In this document: piece after piece, positions 1-11,390 of the stretch
How positions within the stretch are numbered: position 1 is the first letter of the stretch
How the letters are laid out: each line of letters begins with the position of its first letter
DNA from: Octopus bimaculoides
Taxonomy: Eukaryota
NCBI RefSeq assembly: GCF_001194135.2
Contig: NC_068984.1
Coordinates: 101,600,030-101,643,158 of the forward strand
Reading direction: 5' to 3'
Length of the DNA stretch: 43,129 bases
The notes under the pieces: generated by a model
The model's database searches: none
What the model saw: only the letters and a program-made list of their open reading frames with translations
Told to the model about the DNA's origin: nothing
Position numbers and translations under genes: made by a program

Positions 1-19
1 ATATATATATATATATATA

Positions 20-764
20 CAAATATAACTCATCAGAGTAACCCAATATGGAAGGGAATATGGCAACTGCTCTCTATTGTTGGAGGTGAATTAGCACAAC
101 TGGTCAGTGGTAGCTGTGAAAAAGGTGGTGAAACAAAAAAAGGGGCCAGAGGGTTAGGTTAAGAGTTATGTCTCTTGGTTAGGTGTGCTGTTAAACTGGC
201 ATGAGTTATCTTGAATTGCGGAAGGTGTGTATTATTAATGTGGTGCTCCTGCGAGGATGGGGTGTGTGGTATGTGTAGTGGTGTCATATGCATAATTCTA
301 TCTGGGGGTGTAGGTATTTATAGGTGTGTTTGTTGATTTTTTTTCTTTGTGTAAGGGATAAAGTTGTGGGGTTTTTTTTTATTAGCATGCTGTTTGTAAT
401 GTGTGTGTAATGTGAATGTTGGGGGTCTGTGCATGTGTGGGGGTACAATTTGTGGGGTGTCTGCCTTACAGGGATGTGCATGCTTGTACATAGGTGCATT
501 GTTGTGTGCTTTGGTCAAACTTCTTTTACCAGGCCCGAGGGTATTGGTGGAAGGTCGTTGGTGGAGGGTCGAGGGTTGAGGCAGGATACCTCTGGTTGCA
601 GTCATGGTGGGGCATGCAGGTGCGATAGGATGTACTTCCTTTGACGCAGTTGTTTGTGATCCAAGTAATCTTTTGACTTATAAGGCAGTTGTGCCCAGTC
701 ATTTTAAAACACCTCAAGTACAATACCTGTCAGATGACTTCCACTTCCCAAGAGCAATACACAA
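20..764 (-). mobile_element. Possible decayed Penelope-like 3' region
   Basis: C/A-rich on the minus strand, ending in CTGATGAG (29-36; half hammerhead core) just before a (TA)n run. Coding similarity is weak only. Confidence 0.3.
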
Positions 765-1098
765 TTAGCATTTTTAATACCAACCTATCTGAAACGGTCC
801 CTGATGCTATGATATAAATTCCATGTTTAAAATGATCTAAATTAAAACCATTCATCTACATTTCATATTTTCATTTAATTCATATTCCAAACATCAGCTA
901 AATAAAGACAATGTTACCTTAAATTATTCATTATTTTCAAAATTACTTGGAACAAAGGCAGTGTATTTCAACATAAATATGGTAATAAAAAGATTAAATG
1001 AAAAGTTATAGCCAAGAATAGATCTTGAGATACTTTAATATCTTTCCTATTGTGCTTGTCAGGTTTTGTAAAATATAGATAAACTTAATTTACTTTAC

Positions 1099-1174
1099 CT
1101 GTCTTTTATTGTATTCCACCACAGTTGCAGCTCCTTTAGCTTTAGGTGCAGATTTTGGAGAAAGATCTAATTTC
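1099..1174 (-). CDS. CFAP54: CFAP54 exon (last in window): KLDLSPKSAPKAKGAATVVEYNKRQ
   Basis: Acceptor ttctcgttttag|, donor CAG|gtaaag; 76 nt, phase 2 to 0; open only in this frame. Weak similarity to human KSLKFKAAVMEIGR. Confidence 0.65.
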
Positions 1175-2471
1175 CTAAAACGAGAATATTTCAATATTAG
1201 TAAGATAGTATCATTTTACAAAATTACTTACATATACCAAAATTACAGTGAAAAACCTTTAGAATTAGAAATTAACCTAATAACAAGTAAATGAAGTAAA
1301 GGAATCTTGAGGGTACAACTATACGAAGCCCAATATATCCATCATGATTACCCATCTGATAAGGGTACATCAGGCATATGCATCACAACCACATGTGTGC
1401 GACATGGTGATCGCATATCAAGATAAACAGTGCATGACCTCGCAGGTGGGGCCCAGTTGGAATTTTCTTTAGGCTGAGTAGCCAATCCTGCTCAAAAGGT
1501 CACTGAATAAGGTTTGTTTAAGAATGATGAACGAAACATCCATGTTTCCAGAGGTGAATTATTCAAACCCCAAAGAATTCCTCTCAACACATGACTATGA
1601 TGCTTCCTCACTACTTCTGCTCATGATCAGAGATGCACATATTGTCAGCCATCAAGGGACATGCTCAACTGGTTATGGTCAAACAAATGACAAGCAAATC
1701 TGTGGTATTGAGTAGAGTATTTGCTGTAGTCCATCTTTTATACCAAGACAAAACAGATTGTTTATCTTAGTAAAGTGGCATAAACAAGTGAAACAAACTT
1801 TACATTTGAATGCACTCCCTAATTTTGTAAAATGAAAGTATTTCTCATTTTAAGCATGTTTTGCTGAAAAAAAAACAACAGAACTAAGTATCTTGCTTAA
1901 GGACTAAAAACAAGTTCTATTTGGAGATTTGAAGATTCAAATGTTTTATAATTAAGAACTATTGTGTCTCTGATATTGAGTATTGGATTTAAAGCTACTG
2001 GATTTTTGAAAAAAGTTTTCTTATGGATGGCAATGTTAGAATATTTTAATAAAGCTAGTAAAAATGGTTCAACTAAAATTTGCCAATCACAACAGCTACT
2101 GTAAAAGTGATCTTTAAATAGCCATTATAGATATCTCATATTCAGCAACACTGTGTATCTAATTTAAGGGTTTCAATGAGAAATGTTTAAAATATGATTG
2201 CATTCTTCATATAACTTATGGGGCGTCAGTGACTGGTTTGTTTGTTGTGGTTGTTGCTGTTGTTGTTCACCATCACCACCACCACCTTCATCACCATCAT
2301 CTTCATCTTCATCATCATTATTACTATCATTATTATTATTAGGAGAGTATTGTAGTTCATTTGAAGCATTGTGTATTGTTTGTAAAGAATAAAAGTTTAG
2401 AATGGTACAACAATGCACTATAAAACAAAAAATGGACTATATACCTGTTGTAATTTGGTTATCTATAGTCC

Positions 2472-2507
2472 GATGATATTTCGGAATTACAATTCCTTCT
2501 TCAGATC
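2472..2507 (-). ncRNA. Minimal hammerhead ribozyme motif (left palindrome arm; intact 3-bp stem I)
   Basis: GAU-CUGAAGA-A-GGAAU-UGUA-AUUCC-GAA-AUAU-C-AUC: canonical CUGANGA and GAAA cores, 5-bp stem II, palindromic AUAU, extra A before stem II. Confidence 0.65.
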
Positions 2508-2562
2508 TTCTTAGCTGGAGTCTCTGCTATAAACAGTTTATAGCAGAGACTCCAGCTTAGAA

Positions 2563-2598
2563 GATCTGAAGAAGGAATTGTAATTCCGAAATATCCTC
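2563..2598 (+). ncRNA. Mirror-copy hammerhead motif (right palindrome arm; stem I mismatch)
   Basis: GAT-CTGAAGA-A-GGAAT-TGTA-ATTCC-GAA-ATAT-C-CTC; position 1.1 is C rather than A, which breaks one stem I pair. Confidence 0.55.
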
Positions 2599-2872
2599 GG
2601 ACTATAGATAACCAAATTACAACAGGTATATAGTCCATTTTTTGTTTTATAGTGCACTGTTGTACCATTCTAAACTTTTATTCTATTATTATTATTATTA
2701 TTTAACATCTGCTTTCAATGCTGGTATAGGTAGGACAGTTTAACAGGGAACCAGTAAGCTGCAGGGCTGCACCAAGTTCCAATGTCATCTTTGGCATAAT
2801 TTCTACAACTGGATGCCCTTCCTAACACCAACCTCTTTACAGGCTACACTGAGTGCTTAGTAGTTTTACCTG

Positions 2873-3518
2873 NNNNNNNNNNNNNNNNNNNNNNNNNNNN
2901 NNNNNNNNNNNNNNNNNNNNNNNNNNNNNNNNNNNNNNNNNNNNNNNNNNNNNNNNNNNNNNNNNNNNNNNNNNNNNNNNNNNNNNNNNNNNNNNNNNNN
3001 NNNNNNNNNNNNNNNNNNNNNNNNNNNNNNNNNNNNNNNNNNNNNNNNNNNNNNNNNNNNNNNNNNNNNNNNNNNNNNNNNNNNNNNNNNNNNNNNNNNN
3101 NNNNNNNNNNNNNNNNNNNNNNNNNNNNNNNNNNNNNNNNNNNNNNNNNNNNNNNNNNNNNNNNNNNNNNNNNNNNNNNNNNNNNNNNNNNNNNNNNNNN
3201 NNNNNNNNNNNNNNNNNNNNNNNNNNNNNNNNNNNNNNNNNNNNNNNNNNNNNNNNNNNNNNNNNNNNNNNNNNNNNNNNNNNNNNNNNNNNNNNNNNNN
3301 NNNNNNNNNNNNNNNNNNNNNNNNNNNNNNNNNNNNNNNNNNNNNNNNNNNNNNNNNNNNNNNNNNNNNNNNNNNNNNNNNNNNNNNNNNNNNNNNNNNN
3401 NNNNNNNNNNNNNNNNNNNNNNNNNNNNNNNNNNNNNNNNNNNNNNNNNNNNNNNNNNNNNNNNNNNNNNNNNNNNNNNNNNNNNNNNNNNNNNNNNNNN
3501 NNNNNNNNNNNNNNNNNN
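2873..3518. other. Assembly gap (646 N)
   Basis: Run of N. Confidence 1.
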
Positions 3519-3785
3519 AATGTCTTTTCACGTGCCATCTGGCACAAGTGCCAGGAAGGCAACGTTGGTAACGATCACGCTGGTGCTATTTACGTGCCAC
3601 CAGCACGAAAGCCAGACAGCTGCTCTGGCAATGATCACGCTCGGACGGTGCTCTTAGTGCTCCACTGGTACAGGTGCCATCATGATTTCGCTTTCGCTTG
3701 CCTCAACAGGTCTTCGCAAGCCGAGTTTAGTGTTCCTACAAATATAGTTCAATTTCAATTTCGATTTCGATTTCACTTGCCTCAC

Positions 3786-3878
3786 CATGTCTTCGCAACA
3801 AATAGAAAAATGCATAGAAATATGGTTTGTAAGTTAAATAGCTATATTTTGTCCCAGGCAATTGAAAAATTTGATAAT
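3786..3878 (-). CDS. Candidate CFAP54 exon (uncertain): (D)YQIFQLPGTKYSYLTYKPYFYAFFYLLRRH
   Basis: Acceptor taattag|, donor ATG|gtgagg; 93 nt, phase 1 to 1, open frame. KPYFYAFF loosely resembles human KPRFLEFF, but the donor lies in repeat-derived sequence. Confidence 0.3.
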
Positions 3879-4054
3879 CTAATTACCAACAACAGCCAGT
3901 GAAGTGAAAATAACATGATATATAGTAAATATTGCTTAACAAACATTGTTACACATTATAATATTAAATTAAAAGATTCAGCGGAAAGGAGGCTTGGTCA
4001 GTAGTAAGAGAGAATGCACACATTTCTCTCAGATCATCAAACATATGGTCTGTA

Positions 4055-4268
4055 TGTTTTATATCCTGACGCTAGATATATAATTTAACAAAGCAGGGGG
4101 AAAGAAATAGTTACACAACGCACTACTGTAACTGTTACACAAGGTTAAACGCTCTCTGCCAATGGCTCATAGTGAACTGCTTCCTGAATTGTTGACAGTT
4201 CTTTATTTTATAGCAATGTGTCAGTCCGCTTTTAGTTATATGTGGGTGGTCAGAATGCTTCCACAACA
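4055..4268 (-). mobile_element. Second, diverged LTR copy of the same family (probably solo)
   Basis: TGT...ACA termini. Shares ggctcatagtgaactgct (4164-4181 = 11222-11239), tgacagttcttta and gtcagtcc(g/a)cttttagt with the 5' LTR. No clean 4-6 bp TSD. Confidence 0.7.
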
Positions 4269-4663
4269 GTATATCCTCCTCCTCCTCATCATCATCATCA
4301 TCATCCTTCTCTTCCTCCTCCTCCTCCTCCTCATCATCATCATCGTCACCAACATCATCATTATTTAATGTCTGTTTTCCATCCTGGCATGGGTTGGACA
4401 GTTTGACTGGAACTGGTAAGGCCGGGGGCCGCACCAGACTCTACTGTCTATTCTGGCGTGGTTTCTTTGGCTGGATGCCCTTTCTAACACCAACCACTTT
4501 ACAGTGTGTATTGGGTGCTTTTTTTTTGTGGAATCAACATAGTGCTTTTAGCATAGCAGTACAAAACATGGCACCAGAATGAACGTGGCACCAGCATACA
4601 TGTTTCTTAACCAGAACTTGTAATTAAATTCCTATTTCTCTCTTTCTAAATATTCACAATTAC

Positions 4664-5176
4664 ACTATATGTTTAAAAGTATCTGGACATCCTGTGAAAC
4701 ATGTGTTTACCATTGAGGGTGACACAATAGATCACAGAGGGTGCCACAGTACTACCATTTACCATGCAGAACACATGCTCAGTGATCTCAGTAGCTGGCA
4801 GACAGCACTAGGCAGCAGAATGGGATGTTCTGTGGAACTAACAGACTTTCAACATGGTCAAGTATTTGGGTGCCACTTGTCTAATAAGCCTGTGAATGAG
4901 ATTTCCACCCTCCTTGAACATCACTAGGTTCACTGTTTCTGATGTAATAGTGAAGTGGAAACATAAATGGATATGCACAACTCAAAAGCATTCAGGCCAA
5001 CCTCCCATGTTAACCCCTAGAGACTGTCTGTCAAGCGTTGAAACCTTTTACCACCTGATTGAAAGTATGCCTGCAAGAGTGGAGGCTGTCATCAAAGCTA
5101 AGGATGGGCCAACACCATAGTGGCTGCCAATGTTCCTGATGGAGATTAGCCCAAACTTGTACTGATCACATGGTGT
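4664..5176 (+). mobile_element. Internally deleted Tc1-like element
   Basis: Terminus cactatatgtttaaaagtatctggaca; ELTDFQHGQVFGCHLSNKPVNEIS...KWK; C-terminal LIESMPARVEAVIKAKDGPTP. Confidence 0.85.
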
Positions 5177-6099
5177 ATATGTATCTATAATTAGACACTA
5201 AAACATAAATTTATATACTTATTTAGACAAGTTTTATTGGCCAAAAGTCTTTCATGAACCTTTCTTACATCATGTTCTGGCCCCTTCTTTCATACACTAA
5301 CCTCTCATCTTTTCACATAGAGCAGCCTCTCTCTTCACTGTTGCCCCATTCAATCAAATGGGATTTTAATCTTGTGAGCTGTATAATGACATCAGTAGTG
5401 CTGGTGCCATGAAAAAATGCACCCATTACACCATACAAGTTGTCAGCATTAAGAAGGGTATCACTGGAGAGACCATGCCGGAATAGACATTGGAACACAA
5501 AGTCCTCAGACTGGATCCTCTCATGGAAGATGGATATTAAAAGATGGTGCTGGTGTGGAAGATGAATCCTATACTTTCTTCAACTCTTTACACACACTCC
5601 ATCTTCTATTTTCATCTTCCACTCACACTCCAGACACCCGCAAGCATTGTTTATCTCTTTTTCATCTCGAGACCTAGCCCCTACCAAATTCACTACTGTC
5701 TCTGCACCTATTGGATCATTTAAACACTACCTCATTGCAACTGCCCAACAAGCAACCACACACTATACAATGCCTCTTGTAGCTGATAACAAGAAATTGG
5801 CAGCTGCATGAAAGACAGTAAAAAATTTGTACTGTACTGCTGAAGGTAAGTATGAAAATAAATATGTAAAAAAGATTAAGATAAAATATACTATTTCTGA
5901 GATATTTCAGTTACACACAAACATCCTTAGAGTTAATATTATCAAGATTATTCATGAATGTTGAGAATTCAAGATCAAATACTATTTTTTTTCAGTTAAA
6001 GTTAAAAGACTAATAGCAATAAAACATGCTTCATAAAACACGCTTTCATCATTCCATCATTTATATAAGATCTATTAATATAGTGGCACAGGGATGGAT

Positions 6100-6570
6100 A
6101 AGCGCAGGTGTGGATAGACACAGGTGTGGATAGGAACAGGTGTGAATAGGCACAGGTGTGGCTGTGTTGTAAAAAGCTTGCTTCCCAACTACATGGTTCC
6201 AGGTTTGGTCCCACTGCGTGGAACCTTGGGCAAGTGTCTTCCATTATAGCCTTGAGCCAATCAAAGCCTCATGAGTGGACGTAGTAGATGGAAACTGAAA
6301 GAAGCATGTCATATATATATATATATATATATATATCTATGTGTGTGTGTCTTTGTGTCTGTATTTGTCCCTGCCATCATGCTTGACAACTGGCATTGGT
6401 GTGTTTACATCCCTGTAACTTAGTAGTTCAGCAAAAGAGACTGATAGAATAAGTATTAGGCTTAAATAATAAGTCCTGGTGTCAATTTGTTTGACTAAAA
6501 CCCCTCAAGGTGGTGCTCCAGCATAACCACAGTCAAATGACTGAAACAAGTAAACTAATAAAATAATAAA
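6100..6570 (+). mobile_element. tRNA-derived SINE (family A) with internal (AT)n(GT)n and a tandemly amplified 5' end
   Basis: Head caggtgtggctgtg...ggttccaggtttggtccca; tail gactgaaacaagtaaa; homologous to 41005-41362 and 33835-34220. Confidence 0.85.
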
Positions 6571-6656
6571 AGAATATGAAATCTATCTAGCAACATTAAA
6601 ATTATAATTTCTAAAAGGTTTAGAGAAAGACAAAAATTTCTTAGAAATTCACTTAC

Positions 6657-6752
6657 CTTCCTTATTTCCTTGGCGGCTGGACATTATTGAACAATAAACC
6701 AACCCAACACTGCTATCTTCATCCTTAATACCAGAATCAGCCTCATTGTTGG
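6657..6752 (-). CDS. CFAP54: CFAP54 exon: (A)NNEADSGIKDEDSSVGLVYCSIMSSRQGNKE
   Basis: Acceptor ttcataag|, strong donor AAG|gtaagt; 96 nt, phase 1 to 1, in frame with the upstream exon. Confidence 0.75.
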
Positions 6753-6977
6753 CTTATGAAATTGATGAAAGTTTTCAGAAAGGGAAAGAAAATAAAAATA
6801 TAATTTGAAATTCTTCCAACTGATATCCTATGAAATATTATGAGAAGAAACCTGTTTTATTATCTAACTGTATCAATGTGTATAATCCAAATAAAAAGGT
6901 AAATTAGCTGATGTAAAGGTCATCTAACAATGATTAATCATACCTTGATAATAATAATAATAATAATAATAATAATT

Positions 6978-7505
6978 ACCAGGCAGCAGCTCTCATGGCT
7001 TCTGATCTTAATTGATTGGAAGTGTTATCATGTACATTGTTTTGTCTTGGTATAAAAGATGGGATTCAGCAAATATTCTGCTTAATACCACAGATTTGCT
7101 TGTCAGTTGTTTGACCTTAACCAGTTGAGCATGTTCCTTGGTGGCTGACAATATGTGCATCTCTGATCATGAGCAGAAGTAGTGGGGGAGCATCATAGCC
7201 ATGTATTGAGAGGAATTCTTTGGGGTTTGAATAATTCACCTTTGGAAACATGGGTTTCCAAACAAACCTTATTCAGGGACCTTTTGAGCGGGATGAGCTA
7301 CTCGACCTGAAGAAAATTCTAACTGGACCCCACCTGCAAGGTCATGCGCTGTTTATCTTGATATGAGATCACCATGTCGCACACATATGGTTGTGATGCA
7401 TGTGCCTGGTGTATCCTTATCAGACGGGTAGTCATGATGGGTATATTGGGCTTTGTATATTTGTACCCCAGTATTACTTTGATGGCATGCACTGCTTTCT
7501 CACTC
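6978..7505. repeat. Unclassified dispersed repeat (other copies: about 1300-1760 inverted, 12285-12475 partial)
   Basis: Shared blocks cagatttgcttgtcagttg, gtagtgggggagcatcata, ggaattctttggggtttgaataa. Confidence 0.8.
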
Positions 7506-7599
7506 AATAATAATAATAATCCTTTCTACTATAGGTATAAAGGCCTGAAATTTGGGGTAGGGGACCTGGTCGGTTACATCAACCCAGTGATGTGGTGAC

Positions 7600-10500
7600 A
7601 TATTCTATAACGAACATTTTGCAAAATTTTCTGAATTTGTCTGAGGTAAATTGTGTTCCATTATCAGGCAAAATGGTATCCAGAATACCATGCCTAGTGA
7701 ACAATTCATGTGAAAAGCTTATTGTAACCACAGATGTTGACTTTTTTACATTAATGCACTTCCAGCCACTTTGAAAAACTATCCACCACAAGGTTACATG
7801 GACTCTTAAATGGACCTACGTAACTGACATGCAGTTTGGCTCATAGAACATGTTTTTGGCCATGGCTGCCATTTAGTGGTAGGTGATTTTGCAGCTAAGG
7901 CACACCCTCTGCATGTTTTCACCGATTCTTCTATGTCACAGTTCATTCTTGGCCAATATATGTAACTTCTCATTAATGATTTCATTCTCGAAATCCCTGG
8001 GTCACCTATATGAAATTCCTTTAATAATCACTTTTGTAGTGTGGCTAGCACTACAAATTTTTGTGCATACATCAACACGTCATGAAACTGAGAAATGGTT
8101 CAAATTTGTGTTGCACATATTTTTAACTATTTTAGCCTTCAGTATTCTTTTCATTTTATAATGAATTTATTATTTTCCAATTTTAATTTTATGTCTTGTA
8201 AAGTCACTGGCAGTCCATGAATGACATAACACAAAACATTTTTAATTTCATTTTCTGCTCACAAAGTGGCAATCATGGTATCTTCAAATGGCTCCACATT
8301 TTTTGAATTCAGTCTTGATAGACAATCTGCATAACCTAATTTCTTGGATGGTGTATACTCCATCTTGAAATCATAGTTTAATGATATCATAGCCCAGCAC
8401 TGTGGAGGCGCAATGGCCGAGTGGTTAGGGCAGTGGACTCGCGGTCATAGGATCGCGGTTTCAATTCCCAGACCAGGCGTTGTGAGTGTTTATTGAGCGA
8501 AAACACCTAAAGCTCCACGAGGCTCCGGCAGGGGATGGTAGCGAACCCTGCTGTACTCTTTCACTACAACTTTCTCTCACTCTTACTTCCTGTTTCTGTT
8601 GTGCCTGTAATTCAAAGGGTCAGCCTTGTCACACTGTGTCACGCTGAATATCTCCGAGAACTACGTTAAGGGTACACGTGTCTGTGAAGTTCTCAGTCAC
8701 TTGCACGTTAATTTCACGAGATTGGATCAACTGGAACCTTCAACGTCGTAAGCAACGGAGTGCCAACAGCCCAGCATTGTAATCTATTAGCAGTGTGGGT
8801 AGGAATTCCTTTTTTCGACCCAATATCAATAATAGATGATCAAACTGTAGATGAAAACTTCTACTGTGTAAATATCTGTGTAATTTTTTCATAGCAAAAA
8901 TAATTGCTGGAACTTCTTTTTCAATTTGACTATAATTTTCCCCTGCTGATAGCAGAGAATGTGAGGCATGAACTACCACCTTCATGTTACCATCTTTATG
9001 TAGCATTACTGCTCCTATACTGTACTCAGAAGCATCTGAAGCTACAAAAATCTCTGCTGCAGGATTGAAGTGTACTAACTCCAAATCAGATATTAATATT
9101 TTTTTTATTTCATCAAATGCCTTTCAACAATTTTCTGACCAATTCCATTTCTTAGCTTTTTCAGCAGATTATACGGTGGAACCTTCACCTTATGCATATT
9201 TGGGATATAATTTTGATAATTTGCCAATCCTAAAAATGCTTGTAAAGTCACTATATTAGTTACAGGGAGCATATTTTTAATTGCATCTGCCCAATGGGTC
9301 TGGTTGACATCCATTTTTGTTGATGATTTGTCTTAAATATTTATTTTCAGTAAGAAAAATTCACACTTTTCTTTACTCAAAGTAAAGCCCATAATCCTTA
9401 ATTTTTTTAGTACATATTTTAGATGCTCTACTAGTTGATCCCTGGATTTGCTTTTTAATGAGAATATCATCCAGATATGGAATTGCAAATACACAGTCCA
9501 CTAACATTGCATCCATAATCTGTTGAAAAATCACTGATGTGACTTTTGAGCCAAATGGTAATCAGTTGTATTTATACAATCCTTTATGTGTTAAATGTTA
9601 GGTATTTAGAGCATTCATTATCTACTCTAATTTGTAGGTATGCATCAGAGAAATTCAATTTAGGAAATATCTTGTCACCGTCTAATTTCACAAAAATATC
9701 TTCTGGAGTAAGTAGCAGATAGAGGCACATTTTAAGACATTCATTTAAACCAGTGAAAAATCAGCACACACTCTGATTCTATTCTTTTTCTTAATGTACA
9801 CAGTTGGTGCTGCCCATTTAGAATATTCCACTTTTTGGATAAGTCTAATTTTTTCTAGTCTCTCTAAGTTTATCTATTCTAATGCTGCAAATGGTACAGT
9901 TCATTTTTGTTTAAATGTTGGTATGGCATTTTCTTGCATTTGAAACCATGCCTTTATTTTGGTACACAGAACTTCAGGGAAAATATTAAAAAAATTTTTT
10001 TTCAATTTGTTTGATGACTTATTTGTACTGGAAGGAAAATCATTTACGTTTTTACAAAAAAGATTTATGGGGAGATCCCACAAATTAAACAATTCCATCC
10101 AGTCGGTACCAAACAAGTTTGTTGAATTATTGAACACAAAATCTTTAGCCTTTAAGGTTTTTTCACAAAATGTAATGTTACTTATCAATTTACTCTTAAA
10201 ATATAGTTTTTTTCCTGAAACATCATGGGCAATTTTTGAAGTTTCATTTAATTTAGGTCTCCCAACTTTATTTCATGTATCTGTATTAGTTATTGAGATG
10301 TCATTGCCTGTATCCAATTGTAACTTTATGTTTGTGCTATTAATTTTTACACACACAAATTTTCTTTGAAGCTCATTCGTATTTTTTGACACCAATAATC
10401 TCTTCATGTAATTTTTTCTGTTGAACTGTTTTTTAGGTTCTGTCCTGCAATGTAACTTTTTATGGCCTATTTTACCACACGGTGTCATTTCATTCAATTT

Positions 10501-11110
10501 GAATTTCTCACACTCTCTGTTAACCACTCTAGCATAGGTGACGAAATCTTCATAATCTTTTTTGACCAAATTTAATCATTGCCAATGAGTATTAAACAGG
10601 GAACTTCTTTCACTGAAAATTTTCAATGAAATATTGTTTCATCAAAACAAATCTCACCTGGCTTCTTCAGCAGAATATAATTACTATATTTTTCATGTTC
10701 AGCAGGGGGTAACTTACTTAAAAGTAATCATACTTTTTTCTCAATGGACCAACTTTTACACTCTTCTTTGAAGATTTTTTTCATATCTACGAAAATATGC
10801 AGAGAAGGTAGAACATTCTGCTGGTTTATAGCTGAATTCTTCAAATGAGTTTGCTACACTGTCTGGTGAGTATGAACCTGAAGTATTTTCAAACTTCTTC
10901 AACATAAATTCCAGCAACTGTTGGTTTTGCTGTTGTTGCTGTTGTAGTTGCTGCAATTGCTGCTGCACTTGCTGTTGCTTCTGCTGTAGTTGCTGTTGTA
11001 ACTGCACCACAGAGGCCAATAAGTTCTCCATGTTAAATGATTTTTCCTTTGGTTTCATACCAAACAGAGAAAAAAACGTCCAATGCAAGCTTTGAACAAC
11101 TTGCCACCAC
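7600..11110 (-). mobile_element. Decayed Gypsy/Ty3 (Mag/K02A2.6-like) LTR retrotransposon internal region: gag, protease, RT, RNase H, integrase; 3'-truncated
   Basis: gag YSPDSVANSFEEFSY...FSAYFRRYE; zinc knuckle CGKIGHKKLHC; protease LQLDTG; RT AIPYLDDILI; RNase H VASDASEYSIGAV...YSQIEKE; integrase YWPRMNCDIE...CRGC and LPDNGTQFTS. Many stops and frameshifts. Confidence 0.95.
8403..8767 (+). mobile_element. tRNA-derived SINE (family D) inserted in Gypsy pol
   Basis: A-box tggccgagtgg, B-box-like ggtttcaattccc; 12-bp TSD agcccagca(c/t)tg at 8391-8402 and 8768-8779. Confidence 0.9.
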
Positions 11111-11345
11111 TTTTATAACCTTGTATTAGATATATGATATAACAAAGTGAGTGTGGGGAAGAAAGTATATACACAATGCACTACTATTACTATTACACAA
11201 GACTCAACGCTCTATATCAAAGGCTCATAGTGAACTGCTACCAACACGAACTGCCAATTGCTGACAGTTCTTTAATTTATAACAATGAGTCAGTCCACTT
11301 TTAGTCACTTGAGGGGTGGGGTGTCGTTGGAATCCTTCTACAACA
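11111..11345 (-). mobile_element. 5' LTR of the Gypsy element
   Basis: Begins TGTTGTAG on the minus strand; followed by PBS-like AGTGGTGGCAAG and then gag; homologous to 4055-4268. Confidence 0.7.
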
Positions 11346-11390
11346 AATGATAATAATAATAATAATAATAATCTGTTCTTTGTTTGATTT

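Larger units (their letters stand above)
2386..2684. repeat. 299-bp near-perfect palindrome (149-bp arms, 1-nt centre at 2535), probably a head-to-head PLE 3' end
   Basis: The arms are reverse complements with 3 mismatches counted by eye; each arm contains a hammerhead core. Confidence 0.95.

Noticed and set aside
780-810. IRDRFR, resembling a GIY-YIG motif
   Set aside because: It aligns with the end of the piggyBac-like MITE, so it is coincidental.
2173-2418. Acidic/Gln-rich ORFs (also 4135-4434 and 31569-31757)
   Set aside because: These are trinucleotide low-complexity tracts with no usable splice sites or homology.
2837-3902. Long ORFs in the track (also 14301-14679)
   Set aside because: They are open only because they run through N gaps.
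5780-5851. Plus-strand tgtag|...gaag|gtaagt mini-exon of a possible antisense gene
   Set aside because: It has stops in all three frames and no partner exons were found.
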